From assembly GCF_009914755.1 (NCBI RefSeq), contig NC_060936.1: a DNA stretch of 64,000 nucleotides; one strand, 5' to 3'. Both the position numbers and the translations under genes were made by a program. This DNA comes from the human T2T-CHM13v2.0 reference genome, Homo sapiens. This document shows positions 14,870-28,680 of the stretch, piece after piece. Within the stretch, counting starts at the first letter, position 1. The number at the start of each line of letters is the position of its first letter. The notes under the pieces were generated by a model. That model was not told the origin of the DNA. It saw nothing but the letters and a program-made list of their open reading frames with translations, and did not search any database.

Positions 14870-15860
14870 ACACCTTTACTTTAAACTGCTTCCTGCATCT
14901 ATTGTATGCCCATAAGACTTATTCCCCACAAGGGGGTCTGAGTGATCTTTGTAAACATACAACAGGTCTTGTTGCATCACTCTTTAAGTTATCATTGCAT
15001 TCTTTAAAGTATACCACTCTTCTATGGACTCCCAGGCTCTATATCATCTTTTCTTGAGTCCAATTCTGTGATATTAGCTGGGACTACACTTCCAATTACA
15101 CTCTGCAATCCAAATGCTGTAAATTGAATTTCTCTGTGTTTCTGTACTTCTCCAGGCTTGCCCTCATTTCTGTGTCTTTGTACGTCTTGTATCCTCTGCA
15201 TAGACCCCTTTTCTTCTGGACTATGTGGGTCATTCTCTGCTCAGATCAAAGCATCAGAGATACTTTCCCCTAGTGACAATTAGGTCACCTATGCTAATCA
15301 GTCTCTATCCCATTACCCAATTTCATTTTCTTCAGAATATTTGTCATTATCTGATTTTTACCTATAGACTATAAATACCTCTTGAAGGTTTTATGAGAAT
15401 AGAGATTTTGTCTGTCTTTGTCTGATTCCATGTAGGCTACTATAACAAAATGCCATAGACAGGGTGGCATAACAATAAATGTTAATTTCTCACAGTTCTG
15501 GATGCTGAAAAGATCAAGGTGCTAGCTTATTTGCTTGGTGAGATCCCTCCTCTTGGTTTGCAGGTGGCCAGCCTCTTGCTGTGTCCTCACATGGTAGAAA
15601 GAGAGATCCTTTCTATTCTGCCTCTTCCTATGAGCACACTAATTTCATTCTTACTAATTTCACCATCATTGCCTGATAACTTCCTAAAGAGCACACCTCC
15701 AAATACCATCACATTGAGGATTAAGACTTCCACATATAAATTTTAGAAGACAAAAATATTTAGTCCATGTAAGTCTTATTCACCTCTTTATTCTCATTGT
15801 CCACAGCAATACTTGAAACATAACAAACATACGCAATGGACATTCGTTGAATGATAAATG
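14870..15860 (+). mobile_element. L2 3' fragment, interrupted by an MLT1
   Basis: Pyrimidine-rich L2 body and 3' end (...cattcgttgaatgataaatg). Approximate. Confidence 0.55.
15413..15771 (-). mobile_element. MLT1A-type MaLR LTR
   Basis: ctataacaaaatgccatagac...tttctcacagttctgga...gctgtgtcctcacatggtagaaagag...cctccaaataccatcacattg. Confidence 0.85.
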
Positions 15861-16347
15861 TAAGTAACTTTCATTTGGTACCAATGATCTGATACTAAAG
15901 TTACATTGCATCATATCAGTTTCTTGTAGATTCAATTTTCCAACTTATTCTATTTTGAGATTCTATTTTTCTATGACCTTCACAGGGTCTTCTTGACTTA
16001 TCTCTATTTCTCAATCCTGGAAAAACCCCACACTAGATTTTGAGTTATGGAGTAGTGATTATTTCCATAAGGATGCTGTAATTAACAAGACCCTCTTACA
16101 ATGCTTCTGGAGCAAGCTAGAGTATAAATATATTTTAAATTAAAACCAATCCATAGACATATGGAGCCACCTCATCATCTCTTTTTCCATAGGTTGTACA
16201 TTTTGTATATGTAAGTTTGTGTGACTTAATTTCTAGGGTTTAAAAAAAATTAATTTCTTGCACATTTCCATGGCTGCGTCCATAATCCAAAGCAAGACCC
16301 TCTAATAACAAATGGGGTATCTTTGCAATTTTCATGTTGTTTTAAAG

Positions 16348-16733
16348 TGTTAAATTTTATTTGGCTTAAAGCTGCCCCCACACATAGCAAACTGCAACTT
16401 AATTTAGTATGTAAAGGAACTGCAATCTAAATTAAGAGTATACTCTTTTAATAAGTAGCAGAATTTCAGCCAATGATAATAGCCAAGTTTTAGCCAATGG
16501 CAGGCTGCCAACTGACCATACCATGTTCAAATAAAGCCAATGATGAGCTGTAACCAATCAAGCTGTTTCTGCATATTTCTTCCTTTTTTTCTGTCTGCAA
16601 ACACTGCCTGTTCACGTTGCTGTGGGGAGCTCTCTGAACTCCTTCTAGTTCTGACGTTTTTAGCAACTCATGACTTGTTCTTTCCTCGGATAAACTCTGC
16701 TAAATTTAATTTGTCTAGTGTTTTCTTTTAACA
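16348..16733 (+). mobile_element. 5' LTR (MER57-type), four CCAAT boxes
   Basis: tgttaaatt...aaagctgcc...gctgtaaccaatcaagctgtttctg...taaactctgctaaatttaatttgtct...ttttaaca. Confidence 0.88.
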
Positions 16734-16736
16734 GTT

Positions 16737-16754
16737 TTGTGTCAAAAGTGGGGT
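16737..16754 (+). promoter_or_regulatory. Retroviral primer-binding site, tRNA-Leu type (decayed)
   Basis: ttgtgtcaaaagtggggt matches TGGTGTCAGAAGTGGGAT at 15/18, three bases after the LTR end. Confidence 0.7.
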
Positions 16755-17059
16755 CCAAAGTAGTCCACTAGTGACTCCCAGGAGCACCGAGAGATCAAGC
16801 AAAGGTACCTGTCAGGCCCATTATGCTCCTTGTTATCTTGCAGTAACTGGGGTCAAGGGTGAGTTCTCCCTCAGATTTGAGCTCCACAGATTTGCTTTTT
16901 GTTCTTCAAATTTATTTGAGCAATTTTTACTGAACTGGGATCTCGGATTGAATTGGATCCCATAAATAACTGGATCGAATCCAGAAAGAGGTCTCAGATA
17001 CCTTAATAAACATGAGATTTTTAAATCCAAGGAGTCTGAGACTCCAGGAGACTAGGACT

Positions 17060-17360
17060 CCATTTTCTGGGATACTGGCTAACTTTATGTACAAAAATTA
17101 TGAGCCCAGAATTAGTATATTTTTGGAGAAATGGGTTAACCTTACTAATGAAAACACAGAATTATGGTAACTAGTGCGGGGAAGTTTTAACTTAAATGTG
17201 TTGGCTTGTGAGGTGAGGTGCCTTAGAAAAGATAGAATCAGAAACACCAAGAAAGTAATAGGATGCATTATTTAATTGTTACACAGAGCCATCTAAAAGA
17301 TTAAAGAATAAAAGATTACCACATCAAAAGCTTCCCTACAGAAGGCAAATGAAGAAAATC
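17060..17360 (+). pseudogene. ERV gag N-terminal relic
   Basis: From 17078: ANFMYKNYEPRISIFLEKWVNLTNENTELW*LVRGSFN, resembling gammaretrovirus-like matrix; in-frame stop. Confidence 0.6.
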
Positions 17361-18076
17361 TTAAGTTTCTTGACAAATATTATTCAAACGATGTAGCCAT
17401 CTGGGCAGAAACTCTTGTTCCATTGGCCAGTAAAACAATTTGGATCTAGAAGTTTTTTAAGAAATTAGTGGGTTATGTAGTATTGTCCTTGGCACATAAC
17501 TAACATTTTTTAATTAAAATGATAAGAGCTATTTAGGTTTATATATTTATGTATGTCACTATGTATGATGAATGTGTGTAATATTTTTCTATCTTTTTAT
17601 AATATTGCCAAATTAAAATGTAAAAGAGCTCTATCTAATCATCTTCAAAATAAGTGCTTATATAAATCAGGTATTCTGTTAGAAAAACTAACCTGAATAC
17701 TTTTCAAGTTTACATGACTTGGCTAATCCTTGGTAAAAAAATATTTTGTGTTGATTAAATCTGGCATATCTTCGAAGTTGTCAGCATTAAATATATTGCA
17801 GACATACAACTATCTTGGTTTACTGGTGAAATAAGCTCATGTTATCTTTGTATTACAAATTTTTTTTCAGGAAGAAAAATAACTTAAGATGATGACTAGC
17901 TGCTTTGTCTCGTCTTTATAAGCAATCCAAGCTCAATAGCTAAATATAAGTAAGTTAAATAACTATAAGATAAAATTCCTATGTGAAAGATTTCCTCCCT
18001 ATAGCACAAGGTTTTAACATTCTTATCACCAAAAATTGAAAATTATGGCTGAGAAAAATCTTTACAAGTAATTTAA

Positions 18077-18414
<338 letters not shown>

Positions 18415-19871
18415 TCCCCTCTACAGTTTCTTATCACAAAGAGAGGCTAAAGATGTCTGTGACTGTTTGTAAACATGTTTTGTGCCACATTGATAAATTG
18501 TACTATGAGAAAGCACATGCTTCTAGACATCATGATTCATAAATTTGCCAATCTACATATTGCTCTGTGACAGTTTACAACTGCTTGCTTCCCACTGTTC
18601 ACTGGAAATGAAGGTTACTAGAGTTAAGAATTTTAATTTATAGATGTTGCTTAATTTTTAAAAAATAATGAGAAAACAACTCTATATGCAAATATGTAAG
18701 GAAGGTAAAATGTGCTTTTGGTAAGAAAAAGCTATCAAGTATGAAGAGATTTTGTTTTAGTTAACGAAAAAGAAAGTATTTTTAGTCCCAAAGAAGAATG
18801 ACTATTGTTTCAAAATAAAAAATAATACAGATAAAATAATTGAAGTGATATAAGAAGGTTGTAGAAGTTTGGTGGGAGAAGAATCTTGTGAAAGGAATTT
18901 AAAATGTAATCAAGCTGGCTAAGATTATAAGCAGATTATCTATAAATTTTTTCTAAAATTTAGTATTAATATCAAAATTATACAGTCAAAACTAGAATGT
19001 GACCTCTCTGCTAAAACGAGAACTTTTTTTTTGGAGCATTAGTCGGCTTTTTACAGGAAATTGTAAAAGGTTTTCTTTACCTTTTAGGTCATTGGAAAAA
19101 AAAAGATTTTGCATTTTACCGAGATAACTTTCTATGCTTTGTATTATTAGTTTCTGCATCACTCAAGAAAGTTAAATCCTAATAGAAGAGCTAAGGTTTT
19201 TCCACTACCATGTAACTTTCTGTATTTCCTTTGAAGTCTTTATCACTCTGGTTAAATGATTTACTATTTTTTCACAGTGACCTGTAATACTATTTTGATG
19301 AACCCTTGATATTTTTGACAAACTTCCCAAAATCAAATTCTAAAATATTTTTTATTGTTGTCAAATTAACTTTGAGATTTTCCAAATGGGTCCTTGAGAC
19401 ACCTCAAAAGGCTCTCTCTCCTTAGATAAAGATGAGTATTAAACTAATTGAGCTTATTTGATATATTAAATTATAAGAAAAACACTGTGAAATAATAAGT
19501 AATGCTAAACCTTTTTTGAGTTCTATTTGTATGGAGTGTTATTATTATGTGTTTGAGAAATTGTATGATATTCGTAGAAATCTTATCATACCATTTAACT
19601 GAGTAAGAATTCCCAGAACTCTAATAAAACAACTGAATGTTTTCATGCTAACCCAATTTCAAGCAGAACAAGAATTATTTGATTACTATGGAACTGCTGT
19701 GGCAGGTTTTCATTCTAAGGCAGACTAGGCTGAAATTGTTAAGATGTACAATTGAAATGAACTCTATAAGACTGATCCAAGTCAAAATGATCTATGTTAA
19801 ACTATTTAATAAACAGTGCTATACACTTGAATTAGAGAAACAAAACTGGTATTTAAAAGTATGTAAATTCA

Positions 19872-20277
<406 letters not shown>

Positions 20278-20339
20278 TTATATGATGCATCATAAAAGAG
20301 ATAAAATAATATGTTATGAAAAAATGATGAGGTGACTGT

Positions 20340-21100
20340 TCTAAATCTAAAATTGTTCATAACCTATGTCTGATTTGTTAAACCCATAATCCTGAGAAGA
20401 CAATAAAAACGTCAGATGGTACATTTCTTGCACCTGTTGGATCATTTGAACACTTACAGAAACATTTCATTCAGTTGCCACCTTCAATGCATGTTTTCTG
20501 TTTGTATGGAAGATTTCTCTTGCAGGAAGGCCAATATTATAAATAGTAGCTAAAACCTTATTAGTATCCCCTTATAGGGCATTCCTGGAAAAATATCCAG
20601 TGATAGAGGTCATCATTTCACTGGACAAGTTGTAAAACAGTCAGTTAAAGTATTACAAACACAATGGCATTTGGTGAAGCAAACTGAATCAATTAGATTT
20701 CTTTGGTCAAAGGTATTACCAATTAATGGAAGTCAGATTCACTCCTGCCGGAAAACATAAATTGACCACTTATGAAATAGTTACTGGAAGGCCTATCCCC
20801 CTAATCATAAGAACTTCATGTGACTTATGCTCTTATGAACTCTGACATGGCTCAATATTTTGAGACTTTAATCCAATATGCTAATGTATGTTTTTGCAAG
20901 ATAAAATAAGCCCTTCATGTCCTGCCAACTGATGACAATCAGACCTTTCATGATTGAGAACCCAGAGATTGGGTTTTTGGAATTAGCACCAGAGAAAGAC
21001 TGCCCTATAATTTAATTAAAAGGGACTGTAGCAAGTTCTTACCACCTATACATCAGAGCCTCAAGGATTGGCTTCACATTGTCTTAACTGAAGAGAACCT
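20340..21100 (+). pseudogene. ERV integrase relic
   Basis: Fragments CLIC*THNP (zinc-finger CxxC), SFEHLQKHFIQLP, GIPGKISSDRGHHFTGQVVKQ, TPAGKHKLTTYEIVTGRP; frameshifts and stops. Confidence 0.8.
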
Positions 21101-21239
21101 TAACTCCAGAACCTTGGGACTGTACACTCATTGGGGACCTCAAGGTATAATTAACCAAGGATGTTTCTCCTCAGAAGAAGATGACATCCTAGATGTGGGC
21201 AGCTTTCCCAAGATCATGGAACAGGAATTATCTCCTCCA

Positions 21240-22330
21240 CCATGAAATCATTGTCCCCTTTCCTTTTTCTCCTGTGTGTTTTCACGTATACATGGCAAGA
21301 TAATATGACAATTAAGATTTCATGATCAATAGCTTTTGGAGAGAACTTAACTGAATGTTACATATGGCATGTTACTAACAGCAGGTAAAACTTATAATGA
21401 GAGTTTTACAGTTAAATTATTCCAGAAATTTAATAAGAAGAAAGATAATTCAGTGGTTTGTAAATGAATTTACCACCCTAATCCCTTAATTGTAAGTAGC
21501 CTTCAACCATGCAATGATTCAACAATAGAGCCTTAGACAAATATCACTAGTGCTTCCCTACTGTGATTCCTAATGCATAAAGCATCCTACCATCTGTTTT
21601 GCCTCTCTAGTATATGTTTTTATCTATGTAGGATTTAACAACCAACCCTATGTGTGGGCAACTCCATGTCTCAATAAGTGGAAAATAAGGGGCTACTGTG
21701 GACTAAATATTCTGACAGTAGCATTATCACTCCATAACCAATTGGAAACTGAACATTGGTCTACACCTCTTAACATGCAGTATAGAATAAAGAGGAATTT
21801 GCCAGCAGGTAATAAATAACTCTGCTTGTAGGATGCTTCTTCCCTGGCTTAGCATAATGTAAATGAAGTTATGATTAGAAATCCGTCTCAAATATTAGCT
21901 ACTATAGCTGACTCTACTACAAAGGCTACAGATGCCCAACAAACCTATTTAAATTCTCTTGCTAAAATTGTTTTAGGTAACAGGATTGCTTTGGACTACC
22001 TGTTGACTGAACCGGGGGAATGTGTGTGCTAGTTAACACCTCGTGCTAGACTTGGATAAATAAATCTGGTATAGGAGAAACTCAGTTGAACGGAATCAAC
22101 AGAGAAGCTACTTGGTTAAAACAAGTAGCTTCCTCTTCTGGCTCTTTGTTGTTAAATTTAATTCTGTTTACTCGTGGGGGCTTCTGTTAAGGAGTATATT
22201 TCAGTCTCTTGGTATTTTATCCCCCTGATAACTATCGTAATAGTTTTCCTGGTGTGCCATATCCTCTTAAGAGTCTTAAATACTTGTATGTGGCTACCTC
22301 TTGTACATCAAGTGGCCTCACTCTGGTTAA
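21240..22330 (+). pseudogene. ERV env relic
   Basis: Furin site RIKR (about 21784), heptad repeat, immunosuppressive domain LGNRIALDYLLTEPG (from 21973), broken CX6CC (CVLVNTSC*), hydrophobic TM-like segment near 22200-22270. Confidence 0.82.
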
Positions 22331-22494
22331 ATGACACAAAAAAAGGAGATAATATAAAGAATCATTCTTTATGTCATCAATTGTGAATTCCATACTGAGG
22401 ACTAAACAAGCTCATTATAGTGATGGAGAGTAGCATCATGCCCAAGGATTTGGTCAATCTCTCAAAACTGAGAGGCTGACCAAAAGAAGGGAAT

Positions 22495-22882
22495 TGTTAA
22501 ATTAGTTATGTCCTAAAGCTGCCTCTGTACATAGTGACCTGCAATCTAAGTTAGTATATATAAACAAGCAGCAACCTGACTTAAGGGTATATTCTTGTAA
22601 CAAGTAGCTGAGTCTCAGCCAATCATAGCAGCCAAGCTTCAGCCAATTACAGGCTGTCACTGATCAGACCATGTCCATATAAAACAAATACCTAGCTGTA
22701 ACCACTCAAGCTGTTTCTGTATGTCACTTCCTTTTTCTATCTACAAATACTACCTGCCCACATTGCCATGTGAAGCTGTCTGAATCTCTTCTGGTTCTAA
22801 GGGCTGCAGGATTCATGTCTTGTTCTTTGTTCAAATAAACTCTGCTAAATTTAATTTGTCTAAGGCTTTGTTTTCTTTAACA
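22495..22882 (+). mobile_element. 3' LTR (MER57-type) with intact AATAAA
   Basis: Colinear with 16348-16733; caaataaactctgctaaatttaatttgtc. Confidence 0.88.
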
Positions 22883-23794
22883 ACACTATATACATGCACA
22901 TATACAAACATACACACATATAAGAACAGTATTTATGATGAACTATGTTCATTAGAGAATTATTCAGGATCTTAAATAATTGTTGACTGTAGTGGTGTTG
23001 TGATAATGTAAAATCAGAAATAGACATTTTCAAAGAAACTCTGTTCTAGTACATATCATACAGACATAATCCACAGTATAAAAACTGAAAATATAAGCTC
23101 TTGCTCTCTCTCTGAGAAAGAAAAGTATGAGGTCAAAATGCACATTTTTCTTTCAAATCAGAATCAGCTCTAAATAAAGGAAAGCTACAATACAGATCAC
23201 AAAGAATTGAAAGTGCATTTAAAAATCTGGTATGGTGCTTTAATGTGTCTCTTTGTGCAGATAGGAAACCAAATTTACAGGCTTTCGAACTAAACAATGA
23301 GCTTTAGTTAACTGAAAATCAAATTCAAACAAAGGTCTCAAGAAAGACTAAATTTAATTATACTCTGCACTCCATCAAAAGTGACAGATTTTTTCTATTA
23401 TATTTTCCTGACATTGAACGAAATAAGAAAAAAGTCTCTTATTGGCATATTGTTTTACTGAAAACTCTTTCTATCCACCTAAATTATACCTTTATATTTG
23501 CAAGGAAGTCAAAGTTTGAATAACATGTTTGAGTTAATTATGGAACACCATAAAAAACGAATCTCAGCTAGCTCAAAGATGAACTATTCTTAATTTTAAT
23601 CTCTTTAGAAATGATCAAATTCAAAATGAACGTTTAAGATTTTGAAACTCTATTATAATATTATTCCTTTTTAACCTCCTAGTTGTTTCTTTTCTAAAAT
23701 CTATACATATCACAGAGAGATTTTACTTTTGATCTGGCTATTTTAACTTGTACTCTTCTTTGTAGAGAAGGTTAATGTCAAGATTAAATAAGCA

Positions 23795-26700
23795 AGAGAG
23801 AGAAGAGAAGCAAGTCGATTGGCAGGAATTGTCTGGGAGCTGGAAGAAGCTTCCGGATGTGAGGTAATGGCAAAAGAAAGACACCCACAACTCCACACTC
23901 CTGCTATACCATTTTACAACCCTAACTATGGGAGAACTCCTCGACTTCTGTGGGCTTCAAGGCTAACAGAGGGAGCTGCCTAGAGAGTGCACAGAGGCAT
24001 TGTTCGAGAGAGGGAAAACATATGGAGTCCCACAGGCATCCGAACCCTGAGCAGGTGCACCTTGCTACTATTCTGAGATCCAAGTCCCCAAAGGAAGCCA
24101 GTGCTGCTGTGGCTGGGCCAAAAAGATAGAGGAGAAACTGGGAACTTCCATGAACAAATCCCAGCATTGCTGCCGAGGGTTGTTGAGGAACCAAGACATG
24201 ACCAAACTGCATTCCCACAGCTACCTGCCGGTGCTGCTCCAGCTGAAAGGATTGCCATCCTCCCTAGTGGCAAGTCCACAGGCAGCTCCATTCTGAGCCC
24301 AGTTTCCAAAAGTCTATGTCCTGCCCTGGGGCTAGTGCAGATGCTGCCACTGCTACCCAAGGACAAAAAAGGGTAGGGGAGGCCAGGCACTTTCACACTT
24401 CAAGAGCAAATTCTACCACAGCTACTGCAGGCTACTGTGATACCAAGGCACCAAGAAACCACATGACCCACAGCTACCTCGCTAGCCTGCTTCCATTGTG
24501 AGTGCCTTACCCTCCCTAGAGGCAGGCCCGCGGTGTACCCACACCTGATTACTCACCCAGCAGCCTGAGAACCACCCTGCCCCTGCCTAAGATAGCCAGT
24601 CCCTGAATTCACTACTGGGGGCCTGAGGACAAGACTGTGGCCTAGTCCTGTTCACTTTGTAATGATGTTTTCACCATCCAGGGGCCTAGAAGTTGTCCAG
24701 CCCATTCTAGCCCTGTTGGTGCCTGAACACTCCTTCTAACACTCCTTCTAAGGTCTGAGGTCCGGCAAACCCAACTTGCCCAGACTACCATAGCTTGCAC
24801 TGATCTGCACACAACACCAGTGAAATGGGGCCTTGGCCTACCCACCCTGTTGCAGTCACTACTATCACTAGCACTACCACTTGTGTTCCAGTGAGTTGCT
24901 CCACCACTACCACAGCCATTGACCACATCACACCAGATGCCCAGGGTGCTGAGAATCTGCCCAAAACCTGGCCAACAACTGCCACTACTACCAGCATTTA
25001 AGCAAGACAACTGGAGGTCCAAGAATTGGCCCGTGTGTACCTACTAACACTATGGCCAACAAAGCCACCCACTAACACTACGGATCCCAAGACAGGTACG
25101 CTCATCCCACCTCTGCCACCAGGGGGGTCTGAAGACTGCCCATCTGGCATCCCAACAGATTATAAGTCGAAAACTGAAAAAAAGACAAAGAAGGTCACTA
25201 TATATAATGATAAAGAGATCAATCAGTCAAAGGGATATATCAATTCTAAATACACTGGAGTACCCAGATTTATAAAGCAAATATTACTAGATCTAAATAA
25301 AAAGATAGACTCCATAAAATAACAGTAGGGGACTTCAACACCCCACTGCCTGCTTTAGATAGATCATCTAGGCAGGAAAATCAATGAAAAAAAAGGGATT
25401 TAAACTAGGCTCTAGACCAAATGGATGTAATTGACATTTAGAAAACATTCTATCCCAAAACTGCAGAATATACAGTCATTAATCAGCACGTGTAGCATTA
25501 TTCAGAGTAAACCATATGTTACACCATAAAACAAGTCTAAATAAACTTAAAGAAATCAAAATTAAGTCAAATACCTTCTCAGACCACAGTGGAGTAAAAC
25601 TGAAATCAACAACAGGAAATACTTTGGAAAGTATACAAATATGTGGAAACTAAGCATCATGCTCTTGAACAATCACTGGGTTAATAAAGAAATTAAGCAG
25701 AAAATTTAAAAATGCTTGAAACCGATGATACATACCAAAACCTGTGGGATACAACAAAGGCAGTGTTAAGAGGAAAGTGTATAGCAATATATTCCTACAT
25801 CAAAAATGTAGAAATATATCAAATAACAATCTAACTTTGTACATTAAGGAACTCACAAAGCAGGAACAAAGTAAGCTCAAAACTAGCAGAAGGAAGGAAA
25901 TAGTAAAGATCAGAGCATAAAGAAACCAAAATAGAGAATTAAAAAATAATACAAAAGATCATAAAAATGAAAAGTTGTTTCTTCAAAAAGATAAAATTGA
26001 TAAATTACTAGCTAGACTAACCAAGAAAGGAAGATCCAAAAGAAAATAAAATCAGAAATGAAAAAAAGAGATTTTATAACTGACAAAAAGAGATTTTATA
26101 ACTGATAAAAGATCATCAGAGAGTATTAGGAACAACTGTTATATGCTAACAAACTGGAAAACCTAGAGAAAATGGGTAAATTATTAAAAACATACAACTT
26201 TCAAGATTGAATCAGGAAGTGATGGAAAACCTGAACAGATTCACAGCAAGCATGGAAATTTAATCAGTAATAAAAAAGTCTCCAAACAAAGAAAAGCCCA
26301 GGACTGGATGAATTCACAGTGAAATTAGACGAGTCAAACAAAGAGAAACTAATATCAATCTTCCTGAAACTATTTCAAAAAATTGAAAGAGAAGGAATTC
26401 TTCCCTACTCGTTCTATGAGGCCAACATCACCCCAATACTAACCATTAGACAAGGACATAACACAAAAAGAAAACTGCAGGATGATATCCCTGATGAACA
26501 TAGATGCAAAACTCCTCCACAAAACATTACCACACCAAATCCATCAGCACATGAAAAAGACAATGCACCATGATAAAGTGTGATATATTTCACAGATACA
26601 AGGGTGGTTCAACATGAAAACCAATCGATGTGATACAGCACATCGATAGATTGAAGGACAAAAATTATATAATTATCTCAGTAGATGCAGAAAAATCATT

Positions 26701-26990
26701 TGATAAAATTTAATATCTTTTTATGATAAAACTCCTCAACAAACTAGGCATTGAAGGAACATACCTCTAAATAATAAAGGCCAAATATGACACACCCACA
26801 GCTAACATCGTATTGAATGGGGAAAAGTTGAAAGCATTTCCTCTGAAAATTAGAACAAGACAAGGATGCTATTTTCAGCACTTGTATTAAACATAGTAGT
26901 GGAAGTCCTAGCCAAAGCAATCAGGCAAGACAAAGAAATAAAAAGCATCCAAATTGGAAAAGAAGAAGTCAATTGTATCTCTTCACTGGG
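23795..26990 (+). mobile_element. Old L1 (L1PB/L1MA-age): 5'UTR fused to partial ORF2, with ORF1 and 3' end missing
   Basis: GC-richer 5'UTR-like sequence to about 25155, then endonuclease motifs (KDKEGHY, PRFIKQILLDL, VGDFNTPL) through RT motifs ([12 protein letters not shown], ...GKEEV), ending near the FADD motif. Confidence 0.85.
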
Positions 26991-27399
26991 AGGAAGCAAA
27001 AAACAAGGCGCTTGCATGTAATAACAGATCTATATAATTTTATAATATGCAATATTTTACCCATAGCTACTGGACATGTCATATCAACATGAAAAAAAAA
27101 AACATGTGCAGTTGCTGATATAAAGAAAAGAAGTATATGCGCTATAATATAATAAGTGATAGGACAGTGGTGATTTTGGGGTTTGCACAGGGAAGCCTTC
27201 TTGGAATTTAAATTGAGGTAGGAAGAATGATTAAAAGTTACATAGCTCCCCTATCAGAACCATAGAATTTGCAAAGTCTTAAAATGTGAGGTATATTTAA
27301 AAAGTATGAAAAAATCAATATGGCTGGAATACAGTGTATGAAATTGAGTACCTGGGAATCTGTATTTACTGGTAAGAAAATCTGTGTCAACTCATTTCT

Positions 27400-28680
27400 C
27401 ATTTCCCTTCCTTCTTAACACCTAGAAATAACCCCCCACTGGTAAAACTTATATCTTCATCTTCTTAAACTTCCAACATTTCCCCTCTCTACTCTCTGTC
27501 TTATCTGATACTTTTGTTCTTTGTTTTACTGAGAAAATAGGATAAATTAGATAAGGACTTTCAGATTACTGCCCTCACCGCAACCCAAATGATGAAATCT
27601 ACTAACCTACATTCATAGTCAGCTATATATTTTGTCATGAAGTAGAGGAATCATGTTCCTAAAACCAGTTCTCCTACTTTATGATCTGATTTCATCTGCT
27701 TATACACACTCCCAGACACCTCTTTTACAGTTGGACTCCTCCTTTCTTTTCAGCGTTGTCAAAAGTTTTTAAATTCTCTCCTCTCTACTATAATGTCCAT
27801 ATCAGAATATAGTATTATATAATGTTTCTCGAAAAAGAACTTCTTTGGACCCTGCAACCCACTCCTACTAGTGCTCTCTTTCTGTGCTCCTCTTTATAGT
27901 AACAAATGCACACTCCTCTAACTTGTAGTTTATATTTATCACTTCACTTTGTCTTTATCCACTCTTTAAACTCCTTTCAGTGAACTTTAAACTTCATTGC
28001 AAATTTTCCTGTCAAAGCCATTACTTGCATCCAGGCTGACATATCCAGGGGTCTTTAAAAATTTTTTCCAGACTTTATCTAAATCATCTCCTCAGCTTTT
28101 GACACATTTCATCACTACATGCTTTCTGTTTTCTTTACTTGGCATCAAAGATGTCATTTTTTTTTCTTCTTTCTCAATAAATGCTAGTTTTAGTCTACTT
28201 TTTTTACTTTTCCTCATTTTTAAAACTTCCAAATAATGCAGTGGCCCAGCATCGAATCCTAAATTAGAATCACTGTCTACATACTACATGTAGAATTCAA
28301 GCACTTTCCATTAGCTCTGTTGCTAAGGTCCCAGTTAAGCCACCATCATCTCTCATCTGACTTACTATTTCTCTCTGTATTGGTTTCACTACATATCCAA
28401 TGGCCTCCTTCAGTTCAGCACTTCAAAGCATTTGTTCTCTGTGCCTAAAATATTCTTACCTGGGTGTTTGGATGTCACTTCTTTCAAAAGCCACCCTGTT
28501 AGAGATATCTTCATTTAACATACTTCAGCACACGTATAAAACACATTTTCATATTTAGGTTCTTGCTAAATATAGTTATTCTCATAATATATTGCCCTAA
28601 TTGCCTTTACTTAACATTACATCATTAGTATCTGTCATGAGTCCACATTTGAATGTAATTTCAAAATTTTAATATTTCCA
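27400..28680 (+). mobile_element. L2 fragments
   Basis: ttgttttactgagaaaatag, gccaccatcatctctcatctgac and other pyrimidine-rich L2 wording. Approximate. Confidence 0.55.

Noticed and set aside
25113-25130. CTCF-like gccaccaggggggtc
   Set aside because: Lacks the conserved C after the G run and lies within an L1 UTR; single motif only.
23922-26573. Cluster of overlapping ORFs on both strands
   Set aside because: GC-richer L1 5'UTR and broken ORF2 fragments, not a gene.
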